From: Octopus bimaculoides | Lineage: Eukaryota | Length of the DNA: 33,836 nt | Reading direction: 5' to 3' | NCBI RefSeq assembly: GCF_001194135.2 | Contig: NC_069001.1 | Coordinates: 7,473,261-7,507,096 of the forward strand | Shown: positions 1-10,612 of the stretch, one piece after another | Position numbering within the stretch: position 1 is the first letter of the stretch | Layout: each line of letters begins with the position of its first letter | Notes under the pieces: generated by a model | What the model was told of the DNA's origin: nothing | Databases searched by the model: none | What the model saw: the letters and a program-made list of their open reading frames with translations, nothing else | Translations under genes and position numbers: made by a program

Positions 1-25
1 ATATATATATATATATATATATATA

Positions 26-161
26 CAACGGGCTTCTTTCAAATTTTGTCTATCAAATCCAGCCCGACGCTATAGCAGAAGACACTTGCCCAAAGTGCCA
101 TGCAATGGGACTGAACCCGGAACCATGCGGTTGGCAAGCAAGCTCCTTACCACACAGCCAC
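26..161 (-). mobile_element. tRNA-derived SINE family A, head and core portion
   Basis: Reverse complement matches the head of the full copy at 13232-13638 (A-box-like GTGGCTGTGTGG, B-box-like GGTTCAGTCCC). Adjoins the (TA)n that forms the internal microsatellite of this family. Confidence 0.9.
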
Positions 162-560
162 ACATAAGTTAGACAAGAAGTTTGTTGTTAAGGGATTATG
201 CTAGACGATTGATACGATGATTAAACCAAGGGACTCCACAGAAATTCCCCAGTGATTCATTTAGCCTGACTGCATTTTAAAGACATTAGAGAGTTCACTA
301 AGGGAGATGATCAAGGGAGCTTTATCGATCAGGCTTTACTGACTGACTAACAACACACAAGCTCTCTTATTGGCTCCGACCTCTTTTACTTTCCGGCAGG
401 GAAAGGAAAAGCATCAAACGATTATTGATCTCCATCAGTGATAATATTAATGGTGGTGTTGGTGATCTTGATTCATTCATGACTTCCTGCATACATGTAT
501 GTGTGTGTGTGTGTGTGTCATTTTTTTTTGCTTTTTGTTTTTCGTTTTTTACTGCTAACA

Positions 561-596
<36 letters not shown>

Positions 597-964
597 GTTA
601 TTATATGTCAACAAACCTCAGTTTGGTTGGTTTCAACAAACAGTACTGTCTATTTTATTGGCCAGATATTATCAAGGTGGATTAAATATTGGGGTGTTTT
701 AAACACCTGCGAACAACACAGAATGAAAATAAAAGCTCAATGTTTTGTTTTTTCCTTTGTTATTATTATTATTACTATCTTTTTCCTTTGTTTTTTTTTT
801 TGGTTTTTTTTTTGCAGTTAGAGTATTTGTAGAGGTGAATAAGTATGTTGAATCAGAGAGGAGTAAATGTTAAAGAGTACAGCAGCCAGTTAAACGTAGT
901 ACAGTATAGAAAATGTGAAAGATGGATGTATCATCCTCATCATCATCATCGTTTTAATCTTTTG

Positions 965-1160
965 TCTTTTACCCGTTTCAGTCATTGAACTGTGGCCATG
1001 CTGGGGCACTGCCATAAAGGATTTTAGTCAAACAAATCAAACCCAGTATTTATTAAAAAAATTTTTTTTTCAAGTCTTATTCTAGCAGTCTCTTATGCTG
1101 AACTGAACTTACTAAGTTACAGGGATGTAAACAAGCCAACACCAGTTGTCAAGCAGTGGC
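965..1160 (-). mobile_element. SINE family A 3' tail, diverged
   Basis: GTTTCAGTCATT..TGGCCATGCTGGGGCAC..CTAAGTTACAGGGATGTAAAC..GTTGTCAAGC aligns with the reverse complement of 13440-13638. Confidence 0.8.
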
Positions 1161-1164
1161 AGTA

Positions 1165-1248
1165 GTTATTTTATTAAATTCTTTGTTATATTTAAAATTA
1201 ATTGAAAGAATCACAGAGCATCTCACCAGAAATATGGTAACAAGAGGG
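1165..1248. mobile_element. Partial piggyBac-type MITE (one end only)
   Basis: Matches the right end of the MITE at 1280-1510 and ends ...AAGAGGG followed by TTAA (1249-1252). Confidence 0.75.
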
Positions 1249-1279
1249 TTAACGTATATAATAGAGAAACAATTCTTAA

Positions 1280-1510
1280 CCCTTTCGATACCAACCCAGC
1301 TGAAACTGCCTCTGGCTCTGTTGTACAAGTGTCTTCTTTCCAAAAGTTCTGGATTAAAATCTTCCACCAAACCTTAGTCACAATTTATGTTCCTAATACT
1401 AGCTTAATGATAACTAAGTAATTTTACTAAATTCTTTGTTATATTTAGCATTAATTGAAAAAAAACAAAAAAACAGAAAGCATTTCAATAGAAATATGGT
1501 AACAAAAGGG
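1280..1510. mobile_element. piggyBac-type MITE, complete
   Basis: Flanked by TTAA at 1276-1279 and 1511-1514. Termini CCCTTTCGATACCA / TGGTAACAAAAGGG form a 14-bp TIR with 2 mismatches. CCC..GGG ends with a TTAA duplication are the piggyBac signature. Confidence 0.85.
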
Positions 1511-1594
1511 TTAAATATGTTAGCAGTGACTTGGCTATTCAGTTTTCAGGCAACAACATCCCTAGGTAATTGTTTAGCAATCACTCCTTTAAAT

Positions 1595-1666
1595 AACGGT
1601 GCTGCTATACCAGTCACTAATGGTGCCGTTTTATCAGTTGTTAATGGTGCTGCCATACCAATCAAT
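1595..1666 (+). repeat. Degenerate 24-bp tandem repeat (3 copies; two related units at 1760-1805)
   Basis: aacggtgctgctataccagtcact / aatggtgccgttttatcagttgtt / aatggtgctgccataccaatcaat. Confidence 0.7.
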
Positions 1667-1814
1667 GTAGATCACTAGTAATGCAGAAAGCAGAATGCAT
1701 TCAACACCTAGCTAGTGCAAGCATGCATCAATGCCTTTCATGTTATCATATCTAGATATAATGGTACTGCTGTATATAAGTAATTAACGGTGCCGCTATG
1801 TCAGGTAACACCTC

Positions 1815-1960
1815 TCCCTGATACCCAGAACAATTTCATTAATTAAGTGAGAAGCCTGCTGCATCTCCCAACCTTAACCTGCTGTAATCAGCATCTTGGC
1901 AACAATACCTGAAGCTTTCCCTGAATTTAGATGTTTAATTATCGTACTCAATAACACCTG
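1815..1960 (-). mobile_element. Degraded LINE (RTE-like) reverse transcriptase N-terminal fragment
   Basis: Minus-strand translation IIKHLNSGKASGIVAKMLITAG*..ASHLINEIV resembles the conserved K.GKA.G.DGI.AEMLK..G motif that precedes LINE RT domains. Contains a stop codon. Confidence 0.5.
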
Positions 1961-2229
1961 ATGCGATTTCAATAGGTAGTTTCTCTGGAGATAGAAATAA
2001 ATGAACGAATGAACAGAGTAAATCTGATATTTCATGTTGTGAATAAATCTGCTGTATTTCATGTGCTGAATAGGTGAAATAATACATTATAGATGTTAAG
2101 ACTCTTAGAAAAGGTGAAATAAATTACTATGGTATTTTTGTTGGAATATCTATCTAACTCAAAACCAGAAAAAGTTACCTGTGGAATCCACAAGGCACAG
2201 GTGTGACTGTGTGATTAAGAAGTTCACTT

Positions 2230-2340
2230 TCTTATTTCTTTATTACCCACAAGGGGCTAAACATGGAGGGGACAAACAAGGACAGACAAAGGGATTAAGT
2301 CGATTATATCGACCCCAGTGCATAACTGGTACTTGATTTA
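2230..2340 (-). mobile_element. SINE family B 3' fragment with alternative tail
   Basis: Reverse complement reads AAGTACCAGTTATGCACTGGGGTCGATATAATCGACTTAATCCCTTTGTCTGTCC..., sharing the family-B core seen at 13112-13165. Confidence 0.75.
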
Positions 2341-2420
2341 ACCCAGCATTAGTACTAGCCAACAAGCAAACACGTGTAGAGCTGCTGTGTAACAAGACAT
2401 CTGTTCAGCCCAGTACATGT

Positions 2421-2585
2421 AGCGTTGTGTTCTTGAGCAAAACACTTCATTTCACATTGTTCCAGTTCATTCAGCTGGCAAAAATGAGTAACTCTGCGAT
2501 GGACTGGCGTCCTGTCCAGGTGAGGAATTCATATGCAATGGAAACCAGGAAACCGGCTCTTATGCATCAGCATGACTCGAGAAGC
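2421..2585 (+). mobile_element. SINE family C, internal fragment
   Basis: TGTG(T/C)CTTGAGCAA(A/G)ACAC..TTCACATTG..CAGCT(G/A)GCAAAAATGAGT is shared with 10310-10375, followed here by CTGCGATGGACTGGCGTCCTGTCCAGG. Confidence 0.8.
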
Positions 2586-2744
2586 TTACCTATTATGGAA
2601 TACATCTCACCAATGTGCTGTGAGCAGGAATCAAACCCAAAACTATGGCACTACAAAGCACACTTCCTTACACAGCCATGCACCTGTCCACTTTGGAATT
2701 AGGGGCATACCTGTGGTCCTGAATATTGGGTAACGACTGAAGGA

Positions 2745-3150
2745 ATACAATCGTAAATACAAGCAGCTGATACAGGGTTCCTCTGAAGGATCTCTGGAAT
2801 AATGTTAATTGATAGGGTGTGTAGCTCAAAGACCAGACAGACTCTCCAGATTGAGCCACTACTTCTCCACACTGAGTGGTCAAAGTTCTGGTACTATGGA
2901 CATACGATTAGAATGTCGCAGGAAAGAATCCCAAGACGGATTCTTCAAGCTGAGTCAACCGGCAGGAGTCATAGAGGTAGACCAAGAATGAGATGGCTGG
3001 ATAATAAAATATGTAGACATAGTCCCAGTTAGTCATGCCTGGGAATCCAGCCACAAAGTCGTAATAACTGTTGTTTCTGACAGAACCATATGGAGGAGGT
3101 GCCGAGGTGCCGAGGACTCTACCCATACAACACTCCCAAAAGTAGTGGGC
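2745..3150 (+). mobile_element. Degraded RTE-clade LINE, C-terminal end of the ORF
   Basis: ORF 2802-3032 reads LQIEPLLLHTEWSKFWYYGHTIRMSQERIPRRILQAESTGRSHRGRPRMRWLDNKI. This matches the W.GHV.RM...R.P..IL.....GRR.RGRPR.RW.D motif typical of RTE ORF C-termini. Stops and frameshifts lie on both sides. Confidence 0.85.
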
Positions 3151-3595
3151 GGAGAAGATGGTTGTGTGAATGGATGGATGGGTGGATGGATGGATGGGTG
3201 GATGTCATTTATTCATAAACCACACGGTATTGGTACTGAAGTAGTAATTATTGGGAAGTCATTAATTAATGTATCATTATGTAAATTGAGTTGTGTTGGT
3301 CACAAGTTTTAGTAATTTTTTTCGTGACTTTCACGGACAATTTGGTCGAGGAAGAGAGATGGGATGGAGAGATGTGGAGGAGAGCAAGTAGGGAGGAGAG
3401 AGAGAGAGAAAGAGAGATGAAACAGTGAATACTGATGAATTGTTAAATAACAATGAAACCGCATTAACTAGTTATTATTATTATTATTAGTAGTAGTAGT
3501 ATTAGTTACATTGGTATAAATTATTTACAATAAAAGGTAATTAAAGTTACCAAACAATTAATACAATAGAGACCCCCCACCCAACTCACCTACCT

Positions 3596-3634
<39 letters not shown>

Positions 3635-3673
3635 GTAGGATGACAGTCAGACCTATAGACATGTTTGCATACA

Positions 3674-3776
3674 TGAATATACATACATACATACATGTGC
3701 ATAGAAACAGACATATGCGTACAAATATGCATGCATATACAGTTATATGTGTATAGACATGCACACACACACACAC

Positions 3777-3784
<8 letters not shown>
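3674..3784 (+). repeat. ~111-bp segment identical to 4441-4551
   Basis: Base-by-base identity, including the CA repeat count. The second copy begins exactly at a gap edge. Confidence 0.85.
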
Positions 3785-3810
<26 letters not shown>

Positions 3811-3999
3811 TAAAAGAGACAAACAGACGGACTTACAGACGGACGGACGGACAGACAGAGGAAGAGGGGATGTCAAATTAAGAATTTTTTGTAGATATCA
3901 TTGCGTACATTAATTTTGAATTTAATTAACGAGGTTCCTGGCATTGGCCCATTTGAATTATTTCCCTTTGCTCTGTTTATATTTAATTAATGAAATTAA

Positions 4000-4091
4000 G
4001 TGCATGGCTCAGTGATTAAGGTATCTGGCACACGATCATAAGGTCATGAGTTGTGTCCTTGGGCAAGACATTTCATTTTTCATCGCTCCTG
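4000..4091 (+). mobile_element. SINE family C head, truncated by a gap
   Basis: CATGGCTCAGTGATTAAG (A-box-like) followed by GTGTCCTTGGGCAAGACA core. Confidence 0.7.
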
Positions 4092-4440
4092 NNNNNNNNN
4101 NNNNNNNNNNNNNNNNNNNNNNNNNNNNNNNNNNNNNNNNNNNNNNNNNNNNNNNNNNNNNNNNNNNNNNNNNNNNNNNNNNNNNNNNNNNNNNNNNNNN
4201 NNNNNNNNNNNNNNNNNNNNNNNNNNNNNNNNNNNNNNNNNNNNNNNNNNNNNNNNNNNNNNNNNNNNNNNNNNNNNNNNNNNNNNNNNNNNNNNNNNNN
4301 NNNNNNNNNNNNNNNNNNNNNNNNNNNNNNNNNNNNNNNNNNNNNNNNNNNNNNNNNNNNNNNNNNNNNNNNNNNNNNNNNNNNNNNNNNNNNNNNNNNN
4401 NNNNNNNNNNNNNNNNNNNNNNNNNNNNNNNNNNNNNNNN
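4092..4440. other. Assembly gap. Other gaps: 4874-5228, 6663-7097, 20820-21377, 22641-23175, 25227-25990, 26940-27513, 29080-29970, 30503-30512, 31119-31789, 32580-32589
   Basis: Runs of N, mostly bordered by (TA)n, (CA)n, (GA)n or (GGT)n tracts. Confidence 0.98.
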
Positions 4441-4551
4441 TGAATATACATACATACATACATGTGCATAGAAACAGACATATGCGTACAAATATGCATG
4501 CATATACAGTTATATGTGTATAGACATGCACACACACACACACATATATAT

Positions 4552-4710
4552 ACAATGGACTTCTTTCAGTTTCCGCCTACCAAATCCACTCACAAGGCTT
4601 TGGTTGGCCTGAGGCTATAAGTAGAAGATGCTTGCCCAAGGTGCCAGGAAGTGGGACTGAACCTAAAAACCATGTGGCTGGGAACCAAGCTTCTCACCAC
4701 ACAGCCATAC
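4552..4710 (-). mobile_element. SINE family A head and core
   Basis: CTTCTTTCAGTTTCCGCCTACCAAATCCACTCACAAGGCTTTGG..GCCCAAGGTGCC..GGGACTGAACC..ACCACACAGCCA. Confidence 0.9.
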
Positions 4711-4719
4711 CTAAGTAGA

Positions 4720-4810
4720 TGTAGAGTCTTCTGGCTTGTCTGTTCTTGGCAAACTGTCCAACCCATGCCAGCATAAACAAATAGTAAAAAGGATGATAAT
4801 GATGATGATG
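4720..4810 (+). mobile_element. LINE-tail-derived element (family D), 3' end
   Basis: AACTGTCCAACCCATGCCAGCAT..(GAT)n is the reverse complement of the ends at 22322 and 28495. Confidence 0.6.
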
Positions 4811-4822
4811 TGTGTGTGTGTA

Positions 4823-4873
<51 letters not shown>

Positions 4874-5228
4874 NNNNNNNNNNNNNNNNNNNNNNNNNNN
4901 NNNNNNNNNNNNNNNNNNNNNNNNNNNNNNNNNNNNNNNNNNNNNNNNNNNNNNNNNNNNNNNNNNNNNNNNNNNNNNNNNNNNNNNNNNNNNNNNNNNN
5001 NNNNNNNNNNNNNNNNNNNNNNNNNNNNNNNNNNNNNNNNNNNNNNNNNNNNNNNNNNNNNNNNNNNNNNNNNNNNNNNNNNNNNNNNNNNNNNNNNNNN
5101 NNNNNNNNNNNNNNNNNNNNNNNNNNNNNNNNNNNNNNNNNNNNNNNNNNNNNNNNNNNNNNNNNNNNNNNNNNNNNNNNNNNNNNNNNNNNNNNNNNNN
5201 NNNNNNNNNNNNNNNNNNNNNNNNNNNN

Positions 5229-5286
<58 letters not shown>

Positions 5287-5477
5287 AGAAAATGGAGATA
5301 TAACATTAATATAATTTACTATCTGCAAAAATCCAACATATTCTCTTACAGCTGTTTCAATTAAGCCTAAAAGATTAAAATAGCAATAACTAAATCATTA
5401 TATTAGGCAAAATCTCATCAGAGAGTTAGAAAAGATTTACTGTTAGATTATTAGACGTCTTCAATTGTTGTATACTA

Positions 5478-5605
5478 AGTCTATTCACAAGGCTATGGTT
5501 AGTCTGGGTTATAGTAGAAGACACTTTGTCCAAGGTGCCACACATGAGGATTGAACCTAAAGCTACATGGTTGCAAAGCAAGCTTCTTAACCTCACAGCC
5601 ATGGC
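5478..5605 (-). mobile_element. SINE family A head, diverged
   Basis: TATAGTAGAAGACACTTTGTCCAAGGTGCC..GATTGAACC..AAGCTTCTTAACCTCACAGCCA. Confidence 0.8.
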
Positions 5606-5768
5606 TGTCCCTCCAGATGAGAATAACTAAATATCTCAGAGAAAATTGTAAAAGCTGAGATAATGCAAAGAGTTTGACAGAGAAAGACATTATAATGGAG
5701 ATCTGGTGTATTCTATGATTTTTGTGTAAAATGGTTTTGATTTTATTCCTGCTAATGTAGCAAGAATT

Positions 5769-5799
<31 letters not shown>

Positions 5800-6079
5800 C
5801 AGAAAAAGATTTTTCTGCGAATATAGAATTTGCTATGTACAACAACGAAATAATCTAAAGAAAAATACTGACAACAACAACAACTGCTATTACAACCACC
5901 ATGATGACAATGACAACAACAAGAACTAGAACAACGACAATAATGTCGACAACCACAACGACAGCCGTGATTATAGTAATTATGTTAAGTAACGATTATG
6001 AGGTTAAAAGCACCTCTGAAACAGTACAGAACAAGACAGAGGTGGGGAGAGGAGGTGGGGAGTGGAGAGTGTCTTCTGA

Positions 6080-6662
6080 GGGGTGTTAGAGAGAAGGAGG
6101 AGGTAGAGAGATGGGGAGGGAGAGAGAGGGAGAGAGAGGGAGAGAGAGAGAGTGGGAGAATGTGTTTGGAGATGTGGTGAGAGTGAGAGTCTGTGTTTAA
6201 TTACAATCTGTTATGATGACAGAGAGAAAGGGAGAAAGAGAGAGGAGAAAGAAATAGAGAAAGAAGGAGGGAGAGATAGAAAGAGAGAAAAGAGGGAGAG
6301 AAAAGAGGGAGAGAAAAGAGGGAGAGAAGAGAAGTGGATAGAGAGAAAGAGAGGAATAGAGAAAGGAAGAAAAGAGATTGAGAAAAAGTGAGAAGAGATA
6401 GAAAGAGAGAGGAAAGAGAAAAGAGAGAGGGGAGAGAGAGAATGAGAAAGGAGAGAGAGAGAGAGAAGTGAGATAGGGAAATGAGGGACAGAGAGAGGTG
6501 GAGATAAACAGAGGAGAGATAGAGAGAAAGAGAGGAATAGAGAAAGGAAGAAAAGAGATTGAGAAAAAGTGAGAAGAGATAGAAAGAGAGAGGAAAGAGA
6601 AAAGAGAGAGGGGAGAGAGAGAATGAGAAAGGAGAGAGAGAGAGAGAAGTGAGATAGGGAAA
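6080..6662 (+). repeat. GA-rich polypurine tract with an internal ~141-bp duplication (6341-6481 and 6522-6662, period 181)
   Basis: Nearly pure purine strand. The two segments match base for base and the second ends at a gap. Confidence 0.85.
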
Positions 6663-7317
6663 NNNNNNNNNNNNNNNNNNNNNNNNNNNNNNNNNNNNNN
6701 NNNNNNNNNNNNNNNNNNNNNNNNNNNNNNNNNNNNNNNNNNNNNNNNNNNNNNNNNNNNNNNNNNNNNNNNNNNNNNNNNNNNNNNNNNNNNNNNNNNN
6801 NNNNNNNNNNNNNNNNNNNNNNNNNNNNNNNNNNNNNNNNNNNNNNNNNNNNNNNNNNNNNNNNNNNNNNNNNNNNNNNNNNNNNNNNNNNNNNNNNNNN
6901 NNNNNNNNNNNNNNNNNNNNNNNNNNNNNNNNNNNNNNNNNNNNNNNNNNNNNNNNNNNNNNNNNNNNNNNNNNNNNNNNNNNNNNNNNNNNNNNNNNNN
7001 NNNNNNNNNNNNNNNNNNNNNNNNNNNNNNNNNNNNNNNNNNNNNNNNNNNNNNNNNNNNNNNNNNNNNNNNNNNNNNNNNNNNNNNNNNNNNNNNNGGG
7101 GTGGTGGGTTAGAATGTTGATTAAAATGAGATTGAAAAGACTAAGGACAGAGAGAGAGTGGGGGAGAGTTGAAAAGGGTAAAAAAAAAAGAAATGAAGAA
7201 AAAATAATGAGAAAAAAATAAAAGGAAAAAGAATTTTGGTAAGATGAATTTTGATAAAATAACTCCATGATGGAGGTGGATAACTCAAAGACGGGGTGGG
7301 GTGGCAGGGATCTATCT

Positions 7318-7652
7318 CCATGACAGAGGAACACAACTGCTTGATGGAGGAATATAGTTGCATGATGGGGGAACATGATTGCATGATGGGAGAACATAAC
7401 ATGATGGGGGAACACAACTGCATGATGGGGGAACACAGCTGCATGGCGGGGGGAACACAGTTGCATGTTGGGGGAACACAGCTGCATGATGGGGGAACAC
7501 AGCTGCATGACGGGGGAACACAGCTGCATGACAGGGGGACACAGCTACATGGCAGGGGAACACAGCCGTATGATGGGGGAACACAGCTGTGTGACAGGGG
7601 AATATGACTGCATGATGGGGGAACACGACTGTATGATGGAGGAACATAGGCT
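7318..7652 (+). repeat. 21-bp minisatellite, ~16 copies, consensus GCATGATGGGGGAACACAGCT
   Basis: Units counted directly. Central copies are near-identical and edge copies degenerate. Explains the HDGGTQL, MMGEHSC and MQLCSP repeat ORFs. Confidence 0.95.
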
Positions 7653-7656
7653 TTAT

Positions 7657-7787
7657 ATATGATGGGCTTCTATCAGTTTCTGTCTAACAACACTCACAAG
7701 GCTTTGGTTGATCCGAGGCTACAGAAGACTCCTTCCCAAGGTGCCATACAGTGCAGCAGAACCTGGAACAATGCAATCAGAAAGCAA
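7657..7787 (-). mobile_element. SINE family A head and core, 5'-truncated
   Basis: GGGCTTCTATCAGTTTC..CACTCACAAGGCTTTGG..CCCAAGGTGCCA..GAACCTGGAAC..AAGCAA. Confidence 0.8.
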
Positions 7788-8290
7788 AATTGCTGGCCTT
7801 GTGCCAAAATTTGAAACCAATATTTTCATATTAGTAAAGGCAGAGAGCTGGTAGAATCATTAACACATCAGGCAAAATGCTTAGAGGTATTTTGTCCGCC
7901 TTCACATTCCGAGTTCAAATTTCACCAAGGTTGACTTAGCCCTTCGTCCTTTCAGAGTTGGTATAATAAGTACCTGCTGAGCACTGGGGTTCATGTAATC
8001 AACAAATCCCTTTCCCCCAGAACTGCTGGCTTTGTGCCAAAATTTGAAACCAATATTTTCATATCAATTAAGGCAGCAAGCTGGTAAAACCGTTAGCATA
8101 CCAGGCAAAATGCTTAGCAGTACTTCATCTTTTACATTCTGAGTTCAGATTCCGCCAAGGTCAACTTTGCCTTTTGTCCTTTCAAGGTCGATAAAATAAG
8201 TACCAGTTGAGCACTGGGGTTGATGTAATTAATTTATCCCCTCCTTCAAAACTGCTGGCTTTGTGCTAAAATTTGAAACCAATATCTACA
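7788..8290 (+). mobile_element. Head-to-tail tandem of SINE family B (a tail plus two full units, period ~230 bp)
   Basis: TGCTGGC(C/T)TTGTGC(C/T)AAAATTTGAAACCAATAT recurs at 7791, 8024 and 8253. The units carry A-box-like TGG(C/T)AGAATC and B-box-like GAGTTCA(A/G)ATT motifs. Confidence 0.9.
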
Positions 8291-8326
8291 AAAATGATAC
8301 AAAGATTTAATGTTGCTGTCGCCCTT

Positions 8327-8344
8327 GTAGTAGTAGTAGTAGTG

Positions 8345-8427
<83 letters not shown>
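8327..8427 (+). repeat. (GTA)n microsatellite
   Basis: Direct reading; gives the poly-Val ORF. Confidence 0.95.
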
Positions 8428-8484
8428 TGTGCTTGTTTACACTGCAATAGACACAGATGACTGATACCTGTTCAGAAATCTCAC

Positions 8485-8693
8485 CAGCAAAGAGAGAGAC
8501 ATCGAAATCTTAAAGAGATAACAGACACAGTATGGCTTCGAAATGCACAAAAGCAAATGTTTTCACTCTTGTTAAGCTTTTTGCAAATCGTTGCAAAGAA
8601 AATATCAGAGGAATTCACAACGGAGACTCCAGTTCGTAATGCAAACCGTAGAAACTTCTCTTGTAATTGGTCCTTGTCTCCATACATAAACAT
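8485..8693 (-). CDS. Candidate internal coding exon (209 bp, phase 0 to 2), product unknown
   Basis: Acceptor gtcgtcttctcaag|ATG and donor CTG|GTGAGA. The frame is open across the whole exon, with an in-frame TAA just upstream of the acceptor and an in-frame TGA inside the donor. Non-repetitive sequence. Peptide MFMYGDKDQLQEKFLRFALRTG... not recognised. Confidence 0.25.
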
Positions 8694-8859
8694 CTTGAGA
8701 AGACGACAGCATTACTCAACAGGAATTCCATCACAGAATTGTCTCTATTCATTCTTCGGTGTATTATGACAGCACTAAGTATAAAAATGGACATCTGTGT
8801 TGTGTTTATATATGACAAAGGAAATGGTTTTATCACTGTCATTAACATGATCAACATCG

Positions 8860-8980
8860 TCAATTTAATGTCCTCTTTTCCAGACTTGCATGGGTTGGAC
8901 AGAATTTATTGAGGCAGATTTTTCTATGGCTTGATGCCCCCCTAGTTGCTAACCCTTACCTGTTTCCAATCAAGGTAATA
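8860..8980 (-). mobile_element. LINE-tail-derived element (family D)
   Basis: Reverse complement of ATATTACCTTG..GGAAACAGGTAAGGGTT..GCATC..AAAATCTGCCTCAA..CCCATGCAAG matches 10712-10830 and 30138-30260. Confidence 0.75.
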
Positions 8981-8984
8981 TATG

Positions 8985-9030
8985 GGGACATAAACACACC
9001 AACACCGGTTGTCAAGCAGTGATGAGGGGA

Positions 9031-9070
<40 letters not shown>

Positions 9071-9240
9071 TCTATACATATATAAGACAAGAGTCTTCCA
9101 GTTTCCGTCTACCAAATCCACTCACAAGGTGTTGGTCAGCCCAAGACTATAGTAGAAGACACTTGCCCAAGGTGCCATGCAGTGGGACTGAACCTGGTAC
9201 CATGTGGTTGGGAAGTAAGTTTCTTACCACACACGCTGGC
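8985..9240 (-). mobile_element. SINE family A, head through internal microsatellite
   Basis: Matches the reverse complement of 13240-13500, with (CA)n inside. Confidence 0.9.
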
Positions 9241-9802
9241 ACCTATTAAAAAATAATTTTACAAATATGTCCTTGTAAGAAGAAAAAAACAATTTATCTT
9301 ACATTAAATTCTTTAAACCATTTTACTGCCAAAATTCGCAGAAGTTTATTCTCAGAATTTAGTCAACGTACAACAGATATTGAAAGGAAAACCCCAGTTC
9401 TTGCAGCAGTAACAGGGTGCTTGTTCTTGCTTCATGTTACCAAGTTTTTATAAAAATATATGCCTGGAGGCTTCGTACATCCGCAAAATAATGATAAATC
9501 ATACCCCCCACCCCCACCCGCCGCCTCTCTTTAATGTCTAAGAGATGGAATGTAACACCAGAATATCACTGCTGAGTATCGCTTTGCACTTCTCTTCCAG
9601 TTATCTACTGTAGGGAATTTAGAATTGCAAGGATCGGGTGTTTAGTCACTCTGTTTTTGAAGCCATCAGGGTCATCCTGACTTTTCTGGTAGAAGATATC
9701 ACACAAATAACCGTCAAACACAGACACACGTACACACACACACGACAGGCTTTTTTCAGTTTCCACCCAACAGATCCATTCACAGGGCTTTAATCAGCTA
9801 TA

Positions 9803-10044
9803 TTCTTTTATTGTTTTATTCCTTTACTTGTTTCAGTCATTCGACTGCAGCCATGCTGGAGCACCACCTTTAGTCGAAGAAATCGGCCCCAGGACTTATT
9901 TTTTGTAAGCCTAGTACTTATTGTATCAGTCTTTTGCCGAACTACTAAGTTACAGGGACGTAAATACACCAACATCAGTTGTCAAGCGATGGTGTGGGGG
10001 ACAAACACAGACACACAAGCATATACATATATATACATACATAT

Positions 10045-10084
<40 letters not shown>

Positions 10085-10233
10085 GACTTCTTTCAGTTTC
10101 CGTCTACCAAATCCACTCACAAGGCTTTGGTCAGCCTGAGGCTATAGTAGAAGACACTGGCCCAAGATACCATGCAGTGGGACTGAACCCAGAACCATGT
10201 GGTCGGTAAGCAAGCTACTTACCACACAACCAC
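9803..10233 (-). mobile_element. SINE family A, full length
   Basis: Head, core, internal (CA/TA)n and ~200-bp tail are collinear with 13232-13638. Confidence 0.92.
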
Positions 10234-10242
10234 ACCTGCACC

Positions 10243-10549
10243 ACATGGCTTAGTGGTTAGGATGGTTCAATACATGGTGGTTAGGGTGAGTTCAATACAT
10301 GGTGGTGTGATGTGTCCTTGAGCAAGACACATGTTTCACATTGCTCTAGTCCACTCAGCTAGCAAAAATGAGTTGTACCTGTAATTCAAAGGGCCAGCCT
10401 TATCACATTCTGTCTCATGCTGAATCACCCCGAGAACTACTTTAAGGGTACACATGTCTGTGGAGTACTCAGCCCCTTAATTTCACAAGCAGGTCGTTCC
10501 ATTGATCAGACCAAGTGGAACAGTCATCATCATAACCAACGGAGTGCCA
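10243..10549 (+). mobile_element. SINE family C, near full length
   Basis: A box TGGCTTAGTGG, B-box-like GAGTTCAAT, core GTGTCCTTGAGCAAGACAC, and a tail ending AACCAACGGAGTGCCA. A 25-bp internal duplication lies at 10263-10305. Confidence 0.8.
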
Positions 10550-10571
10550 GTAGTTTAAATACATTTATAAA

Positions 10572-10609
<38 letters not shown>

Positions 10610-10612
<3 letters not shown>

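Noticed and set aside
3674-4551. Identical 111-bp copies either side of a gap (likewise 6341/6522, and 30455-30502 versus 30513-30560)
   Set aside because: Each duplicate abuts an N-gap, the typical pattern of scaffolding overlap artefacts.
7318-7652. Regularly spaced repeats as a possible CRISPR-like array (also 21895-22315)
   Set aside because: Units are contiguous with no unique spacers, there are no cas genes, and the context is eukaryotic.
7121-7662. Repeat ORFs (HDGGTQL, MMGEHSC, MQLCSP)
   Set aside because: By-product of a 21-bp minisatellite. One 22-bp unit shifts the frame, and there is no unique coding flank.
9600-9690. Possible exons on either strand (KSQDDPDGFKNRVTKHPILAILNSLQ* on minus; acceptor at 9600 on plus)
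   Set aside because: Acceptors are plausible but donors are weak or absent, and stops follow quickly.
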